64,000 nucleotides of DNA from Isurus oxyrinchus. Its lineage: Eukaryota. Under the pieces are notes generated by a model. That model made no database searches. It worked only from the letters and a program-made list of their open reading frames with translations, and was not told the origin of the DNA. The position numbers and the translations under genes were made by a program. The stretch covers positions 992,001 through 1,056,000 of the forward strand of contig JANJGN010000052.1 in the NCBI GenBank assembly GCA_026770705.1, read 5' to 3'. Positions 63,008 to 64,000 of this stretch are shown here, piece after piece (the stretch's first letter is position 1; every line of letters begins with the position of its first letter).

Positions 63008-63147
63008 ACAGTGGAGGAGAGATTCTGCACGTGATCCTGATCCTGGGAATACGAGCTGTGATATTCCTTGTGGCTGTGGTTATCACTATCGCTGGAGTCT
63101 GTGTCTGGGAGAGACAAACACTGAAAGGAAGTCGACAGACTGTTTGA
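63008..63147 (+). CDS. Gene D TM exon with intramembrane Arg and short tail
   Basis: Inverted paralog of 16358-16497; CGA at 63052-63054; TGA at 63145-63147. Confidence 0.82.
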
Positions 63148-64000
63148 AGCTTTGTACAGCAACAATCTGGTCAGTCAGTGCGGACAAATAACGTGTGATG
63201 TTGGGTTAAGTTGTAAAGAAACTGGTCAGTGTCCTGGTTAGAATCACCTTCGTATCAGAGAGGCATTCCAGCACAGTAGGAGTCCATTCAGCCCATTGAG
63301 TCCATGCTGTCTCTGTGTAGAGCAATCCACTCAGTCCCATTTCCCCCTCTCTATCCCCGTATCTCTGCAAGTTTATTTCCCCTCAAGTGTCCAACCAATT
63401 TCTGTTTGATATCGTTCATCGTCTCCACTTCCACCATCCTCGTAGGCAGCGAGTTCCAGCTCATTACCACTCGCTGTGTAAAAAAGTTCCTCCTCACATC
63501 CCCCCTCTGCCCAAAACCTTCAATCTGTGTCCCCCAGTCCTTGTACCATCAGCTAATGGCAACAGCTTCTCTTTGTCTGCCTTATCTAAACCCATCATCA
63601 TCTTGTACACCTCGATCTGATCCCCCCTCAATCTCCTTTGCTCCAAGGAGAACAACCCCAGCTTCTCCAACCCAACCTTGTAGCTAAAATCCCTCATCCC
63701 TGGACCCATTCTGCTCAATCTCCTTCCCACCCTCTCAAGGACCCTCACTTCCTTCCCAAAGTGAGGAGACCAGAACTGGGCCCAATACTCTAGTTGTGAC
63801 CTAACCAGTGCTTTATAAATGTTCAGCATAACCTCCCTGTGTTTGTACTCAATCCCTCGATTTATGAAAAGCTTATTCTTTCCATCAGCACAAACAGCAA
63901 TTTCCAAGCGGACTCCCATCAGCAGACAGTGCAATGAAACATCGGCATGCCTGCTTCTTAATGTACGGAGAGAAACCTGCAACGAGAGATTCTCCTTCTT

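Larger units (their letters stand above)
59670..64000. repeat. Inverted duplicate of ~15510-19830
   Basis: Paired exon coordinates sum to ~79500 (16497/63008, 18943/60558, 19801/59698). Confidence 0.92.

Overview
Eukaryotic (vertebrate) genomic DNA. The repeat content (CR1/L2-type LINEs, Penelope-like elements, SINE-derived 33-bp arrays) suggests a cartilaginous fish; this is inference. The window is a repeat-rich, segmentally duplicated cluster of Siglec-like Ig-superfamily genes (CD22/MAG/CD33-related), reconstructed by hand from GT-AG sites and exon phases. Gene A (- strand): leader, V1, V2, then runs off the left edge. Gene B (- strand, 43346->23751) is apparently complete: leader, V1, V2 (acceptor mutated), one C2 domain-2 exon, three near-identical C2 exons, TM, and three cytoplasmic exons carrying YxN/YxxL motifs. 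Genes C (-) and D (+) are inverted duplicates. Their TM exon contains an arginine and has a short tail (activating type), and each has lost its V domain through a different deletion. There is also an orphan + strand terminal exon with ITIM and ITSM-like motifs (inhibitory type), plus scattered TM, tail and leader exon fragments. Together these look like a paired activating/inhibitory Siglec-like receptor system undergoing birth-and-death evolution. The remainder is LINEs, solo LTRs, a degenerate Gypsy element, Penelope fragments with hammerhead-like motifs, mini/microsatellites and three N gaps. Most ORFs in the six-frame track are spurious or transposon-derived.
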